DNA of 64,000 nt from Gemmatimonas sp. (GTDB taxonomy: Bacteria > Gemmatimonadota > Gemmatimonadetes > Gemmatimonadales > Gemmatimonadaceae), in assembly GCA_965279375.1 (NCBI GenBank), contig OZ257156.1, positions 2,400,001-2,464,000 on the forward strand, written 5' to 3'. This document shows, one piece after another, positions 48,524-58,444 of the stretch. Under the pieces are notes generated by a model. The model was given only the letters and a program-made list of their open reading frames with translations, did no database searches and was not told the DNA's origin. The first letter of the stretch is position 1; every line of letters starts with the position of its first letter. Both the position numbers and the translations under genes were made by a program.

Positions 48524-49762
48524 ATGAAGATTCTCTGGGTCAATCAGTATTTCCTCCACCCGACCGAACGGGGCGGACAGATTCGGTCGATGGGTATTCT
48601 CAAGCCGCTGCATCAGCGGCATGAGGTGCACTACGCCGCGCTGTCGGATCCGAACTCGAGCGTGGGGCTGGACATGGCGCACACGTTCAGCACGCGGGCC
48701 TACGCCATTCCGCATCCGGTCGTGCCTCGCACCTCGCCGGCATTCCTGCTGCAGGTGCTCAAGCACATCTTCTTTTCTCGGCTCCCGTTGGCGGTGGAGC
48801 GCTACCACTCACGTCAGCTGCGTGAGACGGTCGCCCAGCTGATGCAGCGTGAGAAATTCGACGCAGTGGTGTGCGACTTCGCGGCCAGCGGCGTGAACAT
48901 GCCGCATCTCTCCGGGGCCGTGCTCTTTCAGCACAACGTCGAGACGACGATCTTCGAACGGCACGCCGAGCACGCGAAGACGCCGCTGCACCGCTGGTTC
49001 TACGCGATGCAGGCGCGACGCATGCACGACTACGAAGCGCGAGTCTGCCGGGAGAGTGCGCACGTGATCGCGGTGTCGCCGGTGGACGCGCAGCGCATGC
49101 GCGAGATGTTCGGCATCACGCATGTATCGGATGTCGCCACGGGCGTCGATGTGGAATCGCTGACGCATCCGGGCACGACGGAACGACCCACCGATTTCGT
49201 CTTCGTCGGCTCGATGGATTGGCTGCCGAACATCGACGGCATGCTCTGGTTTGCCGACGAGATCCTGCCGATTCTCCGTCGCCACAAGCCCAACTGCACG
49301 GTCTCGATCGTGGGGCGTCGCCCGGACGCGCGGCTGGTCGCGCTGGCGGCGGCGGACCCGCTCATCACTGTCACCGGCACGGTGGACGACGTTCGCCCGC
49401 ACCTGTGGGGTTCGCGCGTATCCGTGCTCCCGCTGCGGGTGGGCGGGGGGACGCGCATGAAGGTCTACGAGGCGATGGCCGCCGGTATCCCGATGGTGTC
49501 GACGAGTGTCGGCATGGAGGGGCTGGCTTGCGTCCCCGGCCGGGATTTGCTGGTTGGCGATACCGCCGAAGCGTTCGCGGCGCACTGCCTCACGCTACTC
49601 GACAACGAGACCCTGGGAAACACTCTTGCGGCCAGCGCGCTCAAGCTCGTCACCGAAGAGTGCTCGTGGGAGTCGGTCTCGCGTCAGTTCGAAGACATGA
49701 TGGTGGCAGGCGCGGGCGCCGTAGGTTCGACGAGCCAGCCGGCCTCGGTGGCCGACCGATAA
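48524..49762 (+). CDS. Glycosyltransferase family 4
   Basis: MKILW, FVGSMDWLPNIDG, GGGTRMKVYEAMAAG. Confidence 0.9.
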   Translation: MKILWVNQYFLHPTERGGQIRSMGILKPLHQRHEVHYAALSDPNSSVGLDMAHTFSTRAYAIPHPVVPRTSPAFLLQVLKHIFFSRLPLAVERYHSRQLRETVAQLMQREKFDAVVCDFAASGVNMPHLSGAVLFQHNVETTIFERHAEHAKTPLHRWFYAMQARRMHDYEARVCRESAHVIAVSPVDAQRMREMFGITHVSDVATGVDVESLTHPGTTERPTDFVFVGSMDWLPNIDGMLWFADEILPILRRHKPNCTVSIVGRRPDARLVALAAADPLITVTGTVDDVRPHLWGSRVSVLPLRVGGGTRMKVYEAMAAGIPMVSTSVGMEGLACVPGRDLLVGDTAEAFAAHCLTLLDNETLGNTLAASALKLVTEECSWESVSRQFEDMMVAGAGAVGSTSQPASVADR

Positions 49763-51702
49763 AACGAGCGCGCGTGGTTGGCCGAGAGCCACGCATCGAG
49801 CCGTGCGTCTTCAGGCAGTCGCACGATTAGTGCGAGCGGACGACCGAGCTGCTGGCGGATGCTCGCCAGCGACGCGGCCCGCGTCGAATCGCTCTCGGCG
49901 GTGAAGAGTTCGCGCTGCACCGTGCGCCGTTCCTTGACCAGATCCATCGAGTAGCCGCGGAAACCCTTGTACAAGCCGTCGGCCGGTACTCCGAGGCCAT
50001 GTGGCGCGATGTTCTTCGACAGGACGAAGAGCGGTCGTTGTGTTGGCGTTGCGAGATCGAAGGGCAGCCACTCCGACAGCACCACGGCATCCTTGGGGGT
50101 CGACATTCGGATCGAGTCCATCAGCGCGGCACCGCGTTCGTTGGGCGCGAGTCTGGTATCGAAGGTCGAGAAACTCACCGCTGGCGGATTCGTGAAGTTC
50201 ACCGGTGCGTGATACCGACGGTACAGGTGCGGCACCGCCAGCACGACGGAGCCGGCGATGAGCAACGGCCACGCGCCCGACTTCGTCCGGCGCAACATGC
50301 GTTCGATGCCGATCGCCGCGAACGGCGCGAGGAAGAACCCCGCGTTGAACATGTACTTGTACTGGTTCGAGATCACGATCGACAGCGCGATGTTCAGCAG
50401 CAGACTGCCAGCGCACGAGAGTGCCAGTACGACGAACGTTGCACCGTAGGTGCGCGCGACGGACATGAGCACAGGGAGCGCCGTGATCCAGAGCGGCGCC
50501 AATGCGATTGCTGCGGTGGCCGTGTGGCCCTTCATGCGCCACAGCGAGGCGAGGCCCATCGTCTCGGTCGCGACGCGATCGGTGAACACCGCGCGCATCC
50601 AGAGCTGCTCCGCCACGAAGCTCGCAACGAGCGCCAGCGCGAGCCACGCCACGGTCGCTCGATTGCTCGCGTCACCGCTGCGTACGTCGCGCACGACCAG
50701 CACGAGTGCTGCGGCACCGACGGGCACCGCCGCCGCAGGCCACAGGATGGGGTATACGAGCGAGACAGACGTCAGGAGCACCGCGAGCAGCAACACACGA
50801 CCGCGATCGACTCCGCGCGTCACCAGATCGACGGCGAGGAGCCCGATGGCTGCACAGAGCGCGATGCCGAAACCGTTCTGCTGAAAGACGCCGAACTTGC
50901 GGAACCACACTTCGTAGCGAGAGTCGCCCCACACCGGATACCGCTTGGTGAACGCAGCGCTCGCGTATCGCTCGCCAAGTGGACCGACATAGTTGATCCC
51001 GAAGCAGAGCGCGATCGTGCCGGCAACCTGCGCAAGGCGCGACCCACCAATGGCGGCGATGAGTTCTGCGAGCAGCGCCACCGTCGCCACGAGCGTCACG
51101 ATGTTCAGCAGCATGAAGCTCGATCCCGGTGCCGAATCCAGCAGCCAGCTGAACAACGCCTGCTGAATGTGCCCGAGCCACGGATAGGCGAGCGCGATGC
51201 CCGCGAGCATCGGCTCCTCGGGGCGCAGCTCACCATTCGAAATCATGTACGTGATTTCCGAATGCAGCCACGCGTGGCCCCAATTGCCACGCACGGCGAC
51301 ATCGCCCGTCCAGATTGCGAGATAAGCGCCAACGAGCACCGCGGGAATGGACCACGCGAAGATCGCCTGCGGCCGTGGGAACGTGGGCCATCCCGCGCGA
51401 CGAAACGCGAGGCCTAGCGCCGGCAGGTTAACCACCGCCAGCGCGATCGCAGTTTGCGCGAACGAGAGTCCCAGCCAGCGAAGCGGATAGAACTGCGCCG
51501 GCAGCACGACCGTCGAGAGAATGACGGAGTAGCTGATGCGTGCGCGGAAGGAGGTGCCGGGAAGACTGAGGCCGAACGCCAGCCACGCTCCCGGCAGCAC
51601 CAATAATCCGAGTCCGGCAACGACTCCCAAGACTCCGAGCACGAATACCCTCCCTAACGAGAGCTCCGACAGCGGCGTTCGCAGTGATCGGCCGCTGGCC
51701 AC
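49684..51702 (-). CDS. Polytopic membrane protein, possible GT-C-fold transferase
   Basis: Many TM segments, loop RPEEPMLAGIALAYPWLGH, soluble C-terminal domain (IRMSTPKDAVV). Confidence 0.55.
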   Translation of the reverse strand: MASGRSLRTPLSELSLGRVFVLGVLGVVAGLGLLVLPGAWLAFGLSLPGTSFRARISYSVILSTVVLPAQFYPLRWLGLSFAQTAIALAVVNLPALGLAFRRAGWPTFPRPQAIFAWSIPAVLVGAYLAIWTGDVAVRGNWGHAWLHSEITYMISNGELRPEEPMLAGIALAYPWLGHIQQALFSWLLDSAPGSSFMLLNIVTLVATVALLAELIAAIGGSRLAQVAGTIALCFGINYVGPLGERYASAAFTKRYPVWGDSRYEVWFRKFGVFQQNGFGIALCAAIGLLAVDLVTRGVDRGRVLLLAVLLTSVSLVYPILWPAAAVPVGAAALVLVVRDVRSGDASNRATVAWLALALVASFVAEQLWMRAVFTDRVATETMGLASLWRMKGHTATAAIALAPLWITALPVLMSVARTYGATFVVLALSCAGSLLLNIALSIVISNQYKYMFNAGFFLAPFAAIGIERMLRRTKSGAWPLLIAGSVVLAVPHLYRRYHAPVNFTNPPAVSFSTFDTRLAPNERGAALMDSIRMSTPKDAVVLSEWLPFDLATPTQRPLFVLSKNIAPHGLGVPADGLYKGFRGYSMDLVKERRTVQRELFTAESDSTRAASLASIRQQLGRPLALIVRLPEDARLDAWLSANHARSFYRSATEAGWLVEPTAPAPATIMSSN

Positions 51703-51765
51703 CGCCTCGAAAGAGCTACGGGCGAATCACCGCACTCGCAAGCGGCCGGTTCGTCACGCGCATTG

Positions 51766-51783
51766 TCCTAACGCATTCCTAAC
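51766..51783. promoter_or_regulatory. Direct repeat TCCTAAC-N4-TCCTAAC (11-bp period)
   Basis: Read directly in the intergenic gap upstream of the membrane protein gene. Confidence 0.4.
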
Positions 51784-51792
51784 CACGACCCG

Positions 51793-54168
51793 CTACGCAG
51801 AGCTAATGACGCCGTTGCCCACGAGGTTCCAGACACCGTCGCTCATGCTCGCCTCGATGACCTGCTGCGTTGCCAACCGCAGACTACCCGTGGTGAGCGA
51901 GGCGGATGGACCGGCGAGCATGATCTGGGTGGGTTCGCAGTCCGCCGCCGTGCTTCGAAGCAGCGCAAAGTCGCCATTGAGGGTCGCGCCCGCGACGCGC
52001 AGCTCCTCGCCGGATCCAATCAGGAGCAATTCACTCGCCTTATCGTCGGTAACGCGAAAGGCATAGCCTCCCTCGGCGTCCACCCGCTCGACGGCGAGTG
52101 AGGCATCGCGTACCGGCACCAGCAGCGTGACAAGATCGTGTCGCCCGCCGCCGCTGCTTTCCAGCTCAAGCACCGGTGCGCGCACGCGCGCGCCGTACGC
52201 GGGCGACACCCATCCCTCCTGCGTCAGCGCGCGGCGGACGCTCCCGCCCGCAAAGACATCCACCCGAACAGCGCGCACGCCGGCCGAACTCGCGGTCGCG
52301 ACCTCGATGGTGCGCTGCAGCGGGGCCGCTTCGGACAGCACCGCGCCGGGCGCACAATGCCAGTGCGCCACCACGTCGTGCGCCGTCGTGCCGACTATCG
52401 AGTCGACGACCACCACATAGCGTCCACGCACGAAGTAGACGGCACGCCGATGTGTCGCCGACGCGTCGAGGCGATGGAATCCGTCGTGTGTCGCAACGAC
52501 GCTATCGGCGATCGCGCCCTGCCACCACGACTGCACGGTGCCGTCGGTGCGCGTCTGCCAGGAGAACGGTCCGGCCGACACGGAAGACGCCTGTCCGTCG
52601 ACCGTCACCGTGTTGTGCATCGCCGAGTGCCGAAATGCTGTTCGATCGGCGGCAGATGTCGTGTACACGAACGTGCCGGGATCGACGCACACATCCGCGC
52701 CGTCGACCCAGAGTTCCATCGACAGTGTGTCCGCATGGGCGTGACCGCAGTTGAGCATGCCCAGTGGACCGCAGTCGAGAACAGCGTGCATGCCGTCGTC
52801 CGTCCAACCGTCACGCAGCACTGCCACACCGCCGATCGGAAAGAGCTGCGAGGTGTGCGCAGGAACGGGGCTCGTCACACACGCATCGGCCTGCGCGAGC
52901 GCATTCGCGCCGAGCATCCACACCACTTCTTCGGTGACCGTCCGTGCGCTCGCGCCCACCGTCGGGAGATCGAGCATCACCGCCGCACACACCAGCGAGG
53001 CACGCACGTCGGTCCGCGTACGATCCTCAAGCAGAACCAGCTGCCCGCCGTCGTCATCGCCGATCGCCGGAATCGTACCGTCGGCACGCGTTACGTCCGC
53101 TAGGCAGCGTGCGAGCGCCTGAACACGCGTGCGAACGCCGTCGCCCACGGGGAAGCCGTTGCAATGCGCAAGACGAATCGCATGCAGGTAGATGTCGAGC
53201 GTGTACCGGTGGTAGTACGTGGTCTGCTCGAAGTAGACGCCGTCCGCATGGATCTGTCGCGTGGCCTCCGACTCGAGAATACGCCACCCGCGCTCCCGCC
53301 ATTGCTCGGCACAGCGCAGCTCTGGCAGGCAGGTGCCCAAATAGAGCAACCCCAGCGCCTCGCCCGTCAGGTGCGTGTTCGGGCTGAAGTAGGTGGACAG
53401 ATAGCGTTCGAGGTGGCGGCCGTGCGCGTACGCAAACTTGAGAAGCCGGGTCAGCAGCGCCGGCGTCAACGCCGCAGCGCCACGAAAGAACTCGAGCGCC
53501 CACATCCACGCGATCGATCGGTACGCGATTTCGAGGCTGCTGGCCCAATTCATACCGGTCTTGGGCGGATTCGCGTCCATCCACGCGCCAAGATGCTGAG
53601 CAAAGGTCTCCGCGTATTCGTCGCGCCCGGTGAGCCGATAGGAGCGTCCGAGCGTGAAGAAGTGCTGATGCCGGTTCAGCTCCCAGATGACCTTGTGGTC
53701 ACCGGCGATCTCCGCGTCGAGATACGGGATGCGACTCCAATGCGCGATCGGTGCCCGTTTGCCCGCGACCGGATCGAGGTGCCAGTCGATGGGGGTCCCG
53801 AAATTCAGCTCCTCATAGCCGAGCAAGTGAAAGCGCCCGGCACGGACGCGATCGGCTTCACGGACGACCGCCGCACGGCTCTCCGCCCAACGGTCGCCGG
53901 AGAGCTCCGCCGCAGATGACCCGTCTCGAATTCCGGAGAGAAACGACGGCGCGGCGCGCTGTGCAAAGTGTGCCGCAACTCGATCCGCGACCGGCCCGGT
54001 ACCACCGATCAGCGATGCATCACATCGTTGCCACAGCGCTTCGTCGGAAAGCTCGCCGATCGTCTCGCCGAATCCCCAGGACTCGAGTCGAGAGACTGCC
54101 GCCTGCGCTGCACGCTCGCGCAGTTCGTCGACCGAGCGTCCGCGCAGCTTGCGGAGCACGCCAATCAT
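51793..54168 (-). CDS. Heparinase II/III-family polysaccharide lyase-like protein
   Basis: WELNRHQH, NTHLTGE, DGVYFEQTTYYH, IGDDDGG, GHAHAD, VDPGT, HNTVTVDG. Confidence 0.88.
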   Translation of the reverse strand: MIGVLRKLRGRSVDELRERAAQAAVSRLESWGFGETIGELSDEALWQRCDASLIGGTGPVADRVAAHFAQRAAPSFLSGIRDGSSAAELSGDRWAESRAAVVREADRVRAGRFHLLGYEELNFGTPIDWHLDPVAGKRAPIAHWSRIPYLDAEIAGDHKVIWELNRHQHFFTLGRSYRLTGRDEYAETFAQHLGAWMDANPPKTGMNWASSLEIAYRSIAWMWALEFFRGAAALTPALLTRLLKFAYAHGRHLERYLSTYFSPNTHLTGEALGLLYLGTCLPELRCAEQWRERGWRILESEATRQIHADGVYFEQTTYYHRYTLDIYLHAIRLAHCNGFPVGDGVRTRVQALARCLADVTRADGTIPAIGDDDGGQLVLLEDRTRTDVRASLVCAAVMLDLPTVGASARTVTEEVVWMLGANALAQADACVTSPVPAHTSQLFPIGGVAVLRDGWTDDGMHAVLDCGPLGMLNCGHAHADTLSMELWVDGADVCVDPGTFVYTTSAADRTAFRHSAMHNTVTVDGQASSVSAGPFSWQTRTDGTVQSWWQGAIADSVVATHDGFHRLDASATHRRAVYFVRGRYVVVVDSIVGTTAHDVVAHWHCAPGAVLSEAAPLQRTIEVATASSAGVRAVRVDVFAGGSVRRALTQEGWVSPAYGARVRAPVLELESSGGGRHDLVTLLVPVRDASLAVERVDAEGGYAFRVTDDKASELLLIGSGEELRVAGATLNGDFALLRSTAADCEPTQIMLAGPSASLTTGSLRLATQQVIEASMSDGVWNLVGNGVISSA

Positions 54169-56087
54169 GCCGTGGGGGCAGGGGAAGCTGGCGTCGTGCC
54201 AGTCGAGCGTCCCGGACGGGCTTCCATGACCTCGAGCGCCAGCTCGGCCCGACCGAAAGGAGCGGACACCTGTACGCCCTGTACCACGCTGCCGACGAGT
54301 TCGAGCATCTCGCGCGCAATCGCGATGCCTTCGGCGAGCGCGTGCTCCTTGCTGCGTTCGTTCGCGCGGCGCATGCGATCGAGAATGGCGGTTGGTACCG
54401 TGACGCCCGGCACTTCGTTGGCCAGAAATTCAGCGTTTCGCGCGGACACGAGCGGCCAGATTCCCGCAACGATCGGAATCCGCACATCGTGAATGCTCTC
54501 GAGAAAATGCTCGAGTTGACGCGGGTCGAAGACAGGCTGCGTGATCGCATACTCCGCGCCCGCCTCGACCTTCCAGTGGAAGCGCCGCAGTTCATGCGCG
54601 GGATCGATCGCCGCGGGATTCACTCCCACGCCAAGCACGAATCGCGTTGGCTCCCCGAACGGATTCCCACCCGGATCGAGTCCACGATTGAGCTTCGCGG
54701 CGAGATTCGTCAGTCCGATCGCATCGATGTCGAACACGGCCGTCGCGTCCGGGTACGGCCCCATCTTCGGTGGGTCGCCGGTGATGAGCAACAGGTTGCG
54801 CAGGCCAAGCGCCGACGCGCCGAGCAGGTCGCTGAGCATCCCCAGCAGATTGCGGTCGCGGCAGCAGTAGTGCGTTACCGCTTCGATGCCGTGACGTTCG
54901 ATGATGAGGCTCGTGGCGATCGCTCCCATGCGACTCTGGGCGCGCGGACCATCGGGCACATTGATCGCATCGATACCGGCGCGATGGAGCGTCGCTGCGT
55001 CCTGCTCGAGCTTGGTGGTGTCGACACCGCGCGGGGGCACAATCTCGACGGACGTGACGAACGTCCCGGCGGCCAGCTTGGCGCCGAAGCGCGAACGCTG
55101 TGCGAGCGGTACAGGCTCACGCCCCGTTGCCGCGGCAGAGCCTTCACTGGAGAGCGTTTCGCCGACGATGACACGCGTTCGCGGTGCCAGCGGGCGCACG
55201 CCTTCCACGATCGCCTTGATGTGCTCAGGCGTTGTGCCACAGCACCCGCCAACGATCTTGGCGCCAGCTTGAATCAGATGGCGGGAGTACGTGGCCATGT
55301 ACTCGGGGCTGGCCATGTACATGGAGCGGCCACCGACGTCCCGTGGCATGCCGGCATTGGGTTGCGCCGAGAGCTTTCTGGTGGTGACCGCTGCCATGCG
55401 CTCGATGGCGTCGAGGATCGTCTGCGGGCCGACCGAGCAGTTGAGTCCGATGATGTCCGCTCCCCAACGATCGAGCGCGCGCGCGATCTCCTCGGGCCCG
55501 GCGCCGAATACGGAATGCAGGTCGGGGCCGATCGTCGCTTGGGCGATCACCGGCATGGCGGGATCGACGCTGCGCGCTGCGCGAATGGCCTGTTCGATCT
55601 CTTCCAGGTCGGCGAAGGTCTCGAGCACGAAACAGTCTGCGCCTCCGGCCTTGAGCGCCGTCATCTGCTCGGCGAAGATCTCGCGCGCTTCCTCTCGCGA
55701 CAGCGCACCGTACGGTTCGAGCCGCACGCCGAGTGGACCGATCGCGCCGGCTACGAGTCGCGCATCGCCGGCGGCTTCGCGCGCCAATTCGGCCGCGCGC
55801 CGGTTGATGTCGGCCACCTGACGCTCGAGTCCATACTGCGTGAGCTTGAGACGATTGGCGCCGAAGGTATTCGTCTCGATGACCTCCGCGCCCGCCTTCA
55901 CGTACGCGGCGTGCACGTCGCGTACGAGATCGGGTGAGCGCAGTGAAAGCTCGTCATAGCACTGGTTGATGAACACGCCACGGGCGTACAGCATCGTGCC
56001 CATGGCGCCGTCGAAGACGACGACCTGTTCTGGATCCAGTAGACGCGCGAGCAGGTCAGCGCGGGGGGCGTTCGCGAGGGTGGTCAT
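54165..56087 (-). CDS. yitJ: Bifunctional homocysteine S-methyltransferase / methylenetetrahydrofolate reductase
   Basis: DGAMGT, ETNTFGAN, GLNCSVG, GGCCG (Zn ligands), then MTHFR domain EIVPPRG, CRDRN, ITGDPP, ITQPVFD. Confidence 0.93.
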   Translation of the reverse strand: MTTLANAPRADLLARLLDPEQVVVFDGAMGTMLYARGVFINQCYDELSLRSPDLVRDVHAAYVKAGAEVIETNTFGANRLKLTQYGLERQVADINRRAAELAREAAGDARLVAGAIGPLGVRLEPYGALSREEAREIFAEQMTALKAGGADCFVLETFADLEEIEQAIRAARSVDPAMPVIAQATIGPDLHSVFGAGPEEIARALDRWGADIIGLNCSVGPQTILDAIERMAAVTTRKLSAQPNAGMPRDVGGRSMYMASPEYMATYSRHLIQAGAKIVGGCCGTTPEHIKAIVEGVRPLAPRTRVIVGETLSSEGSAAATGREPVPLAQRSRFGAKLAAGTFVTSVEIVPPRGVDTTKLEQDAATLHRAGIDAINVPDGPRAQSRMGAIATSLIIERHGIEAVTHYCCRDRNLLGMLSDLLGASALGLRNLLLITGDPPKMGPYPDATAVFDIDAIGLTNLAAKLNRGLDPGGNPFGEPTRFVLGVGVNPAAIDPAHELRRFHWKVEAGAEYAITQPVFDPRQLEHFLESIHDVRIPIVAGIWPLVSARNAEFLANEVPGVTVPTAILDRMRRANERSKEHALAEGIAIAREMLELVGSVVQGVQVSAPFGRAELALEVMEARPGRSTGTTPASPAPTA

Positions 56088-56180
56088 AGTGGAGTGCAAG
56101 ATAAGTCATCCCGGCCGTGGGAGGCGCGTCTCCCCAATCGGACCGCCATTGGGGAGTGTCGGCGAGGGCGGGACTGTCGG

Positions 56181-56227
56181 ATGCAAGACGACCCACGTGC
56201 GAGCTTCGCACGTGGGTCGTCTTGCAT
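56181..56227. repeat. Perfect 22-bp inverted repeat (hairpin, probable terminator of the upstream lipoprotein gene)
   Basis: ATGCAAGACGACCCACGTGCGA-GCT-TCGCACGTGGGTCGTCTTGCAT. Confidence 0.85.
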
Positions 56228-56275
56228 GACTCGTCGGTCTGGCTGGCCATGGAGCGGCCGACCAGCGACCACCGG

Positions 56276-58444
56276 TTAGGGCGTCTGGACGACTTGCGCG
56301 GTCTTCGAGTTGAGCTGCGTGTAGTCGACGCCAACCGAGGTGCCCGCGGTGCTCACGCTCTTGAACGGGCTTGAGGAGGTGAGCTGCAGGTTGGCCGGCC
56401 AGGAGAGGAACCCGACGGCCGAAAAGGCAGACGGCTGGTAGTTGCCAAGCGGGAAGCGCGAGCCCGTCGTCATCGGGTTCACGTTCCGCGAGTACACCCA
56501 AGAGGTGTACGACGCGTTGAGGCCGACCGTACCATAGCCGACACCATCCGCGAGCACCGTCTGATCGTAGGATCCGAAGCTGGCCTGCGACACACCGAAC
56601 ACGTTGTTCTCGACGCGAAGGTTGTTGGCCTTGGGCAGCAGCATGTACAGGCCGTGCGTCGTGGCGAAGCCGGTGTTGTACTCGAACGTCAGGTCGCTGA
56701 CGTTGGTAACCAGCCAGAGCCGGCCAGTGCTCGGGTCGCCGATGTTCTCGAACAGGTTGTTGGAGATCAGCAAGTGGGACATCGGCACGGCAGGATTCAC
56801 TTCCGGCTTGCCGGCCGCGGCCAAGGCGTGCTGCGTGTTCCGCACGATGTTGTAGCGGAACGTCAGGTCGCGCGTCTCGCTGAACGGTGCGCCGCCACCC
56901 TGATTCACGGACTTGAGCACGATCGCGGTGCCGTTCTGTCCGTCGACCCAGTTGTTCTCGAAGATGTTGCCTTCCACCAGAATGCGGTGGCCCATCTTGA
57001 GTTCGAAGCTGTTCTTCACGGACCACACGTTCTTCCAGGACAGCGGCTTGAAGAAGTGGTTGCCGCGAATTTCGATGTCCGATGGAATCATCGCGACGCT
57101 GGAGGGATCGGCGCCGCCGAACATGACGTTCTCGCCCGCCCCTTCGAGATAGTTGTTCTCGATCTTGTACGGGCCGGTGCCGTTCCAGCCGACGATCGCC
57201 TGGCTGTCGAAGCCCTTGCCGTGGCATTCGCTCAGCCACGAGTCCACTACAACAGTCGATCCCGAGTTCATCAGCACGCAGCGCTGGAAGTTCAGCTGAG
57301 CGGTGCCATGGATGTACATGCGGTCGAGAACGATGCTGTCGGGCTGCGTGGTCGGCGTGCCGCCGGCACCAATCTGGATAAGCGAGTACGTGGTGGTCAG
57401 GCTCGACGGGGAACTGACTTCGAAGCCAAGAAGGCGATAGTTGTGGGCGCCGGCATCTGCCGTGAACACCGGGGTGCCGCTCGAGCCGCCCAATACTTTG
57501 GGAAGCGCCGTGGACGTGCTTGGACGCGCCCGGGTTCCGGCGGGAACCGTGTTGTTGGCGGAGCGGATGGTGATCCACCCTGCGCCCGTCGTCTTCTTGC
57601 GGAGGTAGAACGCGCCCGTATAGGTCGTGTTGGCCTGAAGCACGATCTCATCACCGAAGCGCGCCGTGTCGATGGCGGCCTGAAGGGCGCCCGACGTGGA
57701 GACATTGATCGTGCGCGAGGCGGTGGCGCTGCGAGCGCGCGCCAGCATCCCATCAAGGTAGACGCGCGGCAGCTCGACGATCGACGGTGCCGGACTCGGC
57801 GGCGGCGGCGGTGGCGGAGCCGTTGTGCCGACCGCAAGCACGGTGACACTCGCCGTGGCAGTCGCACCGGCTGCGTTTTGCAGCGTCACGCTGGCCGTGC
57901 CCGGCTTGATACCCGTCACGACGCCGCCCGTGGATACGGTCGCGACCTGCGTGTTCGAGCTCGACCAGGTACCGGCTGCGTTGGCTGTCAACGTCGCTGT
58001 CTTGCCCGAGTCCACCGAAACAGTGCTCGGCGACACGCTGAGCGCTGGAGTGGTAGTAGTGGTACCGGACGTGACCGACAGAACCACCGAATCGATTCCG
58101 GCCACACTCCGCGCGACAATCGTTACAGGTCCGACGAGCTTGCCGATCACCTTCCCCGTGCTTGCGCCCACCGTAGCGCGAGCGGGGCTCCGCGACTCCC
58201 AGGTAGGCACCGACAGTCGACCGACACGCGTGCTCGTCGCGACGAGCACCAGAGAGTCGTTGACCTTGAGCGTCGACACGGCCGGCTTCGTGATGCGTAC
58301 GTAGCTCGTCGACGTGTTCGCTGCCATCGCCGGTGACATCAGGTCCAGCGCCGTGGCAGGCGCGACCGGTGTTTCACAGGCGGCAAACGAGATACACAAC
58401 AGAGGCCACATCATCATCAGCTGCTTGGTACGGGAAATGCGCAC
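56276..58444 (-). CDS. Lipoprotein with two Ig-like (Big_2) domains, Pro-rich linker and parallel beta-helix domain
   Basis: RBS AGGAG before GTG 58444, lipobox FAAC, WSSSNTQVATV, PPPPPPP linker, repeated IENN/IRGN/VEGN/FRYN/ISNN strands. Confidence 0.75.
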   Translation of the reverse strand: MRISRTKQLMMMWPLLCISFAACETPVAPATALDLMSPAMAANTSTSYVRITKPAVSTLKVNDSLVLVATSTRVGRLSVPTWESRSPARATVGASTGKVIGKLVGPVTIVARSVAGIDSVVLSVTSGTTTTTPALSVSPSTVSVDSGKTATLTANAAGTWSSSNTQVATVSTGGVVTGIKPGTASVTLQNAAGATATASVTVLAVGTTAPPPPPPPSPAPSIVELPRVYLDGMLARARSATASRTINVSTSGALQAAIDTARFGDEIVLQANTTYTGAFYLRKKTTGAGWITIRSANNTVPAGTRARPSTSTALPKVLGGSSGTPVFTADAGAHNYRLLGFEVSSPSSLTTTYSLIQIGAGGTPTTQPDSIVLDRMYIHGTAQLNFQRCVLMNSGSTVVVDSWLSECHGKGFDSQAIVGWNGTGPYKIENNYLEGAGENVMFGGADPSSVAMIPSDIEIRGNHFFKPLSWKNVWSVKNSFELKMGHRILVEGNIFENNWVDGQNGTAIVLKSVNQGGGAPFSETRDLTFRYNIVRNTQHALAAAGKPEVNPAVPMSHLLISNNLFENIGDPSTGRLWLVTNVSDLTFEYNTGFATTHGLYMLLPKANNLRVENNVFGVSQASFGSYDQTVLADGVGYGTVGLNASYTSWVYSRNVNPMTTGSRFPLGNYQPSAFSAVGFLSWPANLQLTSSSPFKSVSTAGTSVGVDYTQLNSKTAQVVQTP

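Noticed and set aside
53751..55937. Long antisense ORFs (728 aa here, also 44627-46555, 56654-58336, 62325-63896, 30102-31694)
   Set aside because: Shadow frames opposite well-supported genes in high-GC DNA, Arg-rich with no recognisable motifs
56088..56275. SAM-I riboswitch upstream of yitJ
   Set aside because: The conserved SAM-I core was not found, and a -10-like box lies only 10 nt from the start
43167..58444. Canonical synthase-dependent alginate operon
   Set aside because: No Alg8/Alg44/AlgK/AlgE-like genes, while Wzx and Wzy-like genes are present instead
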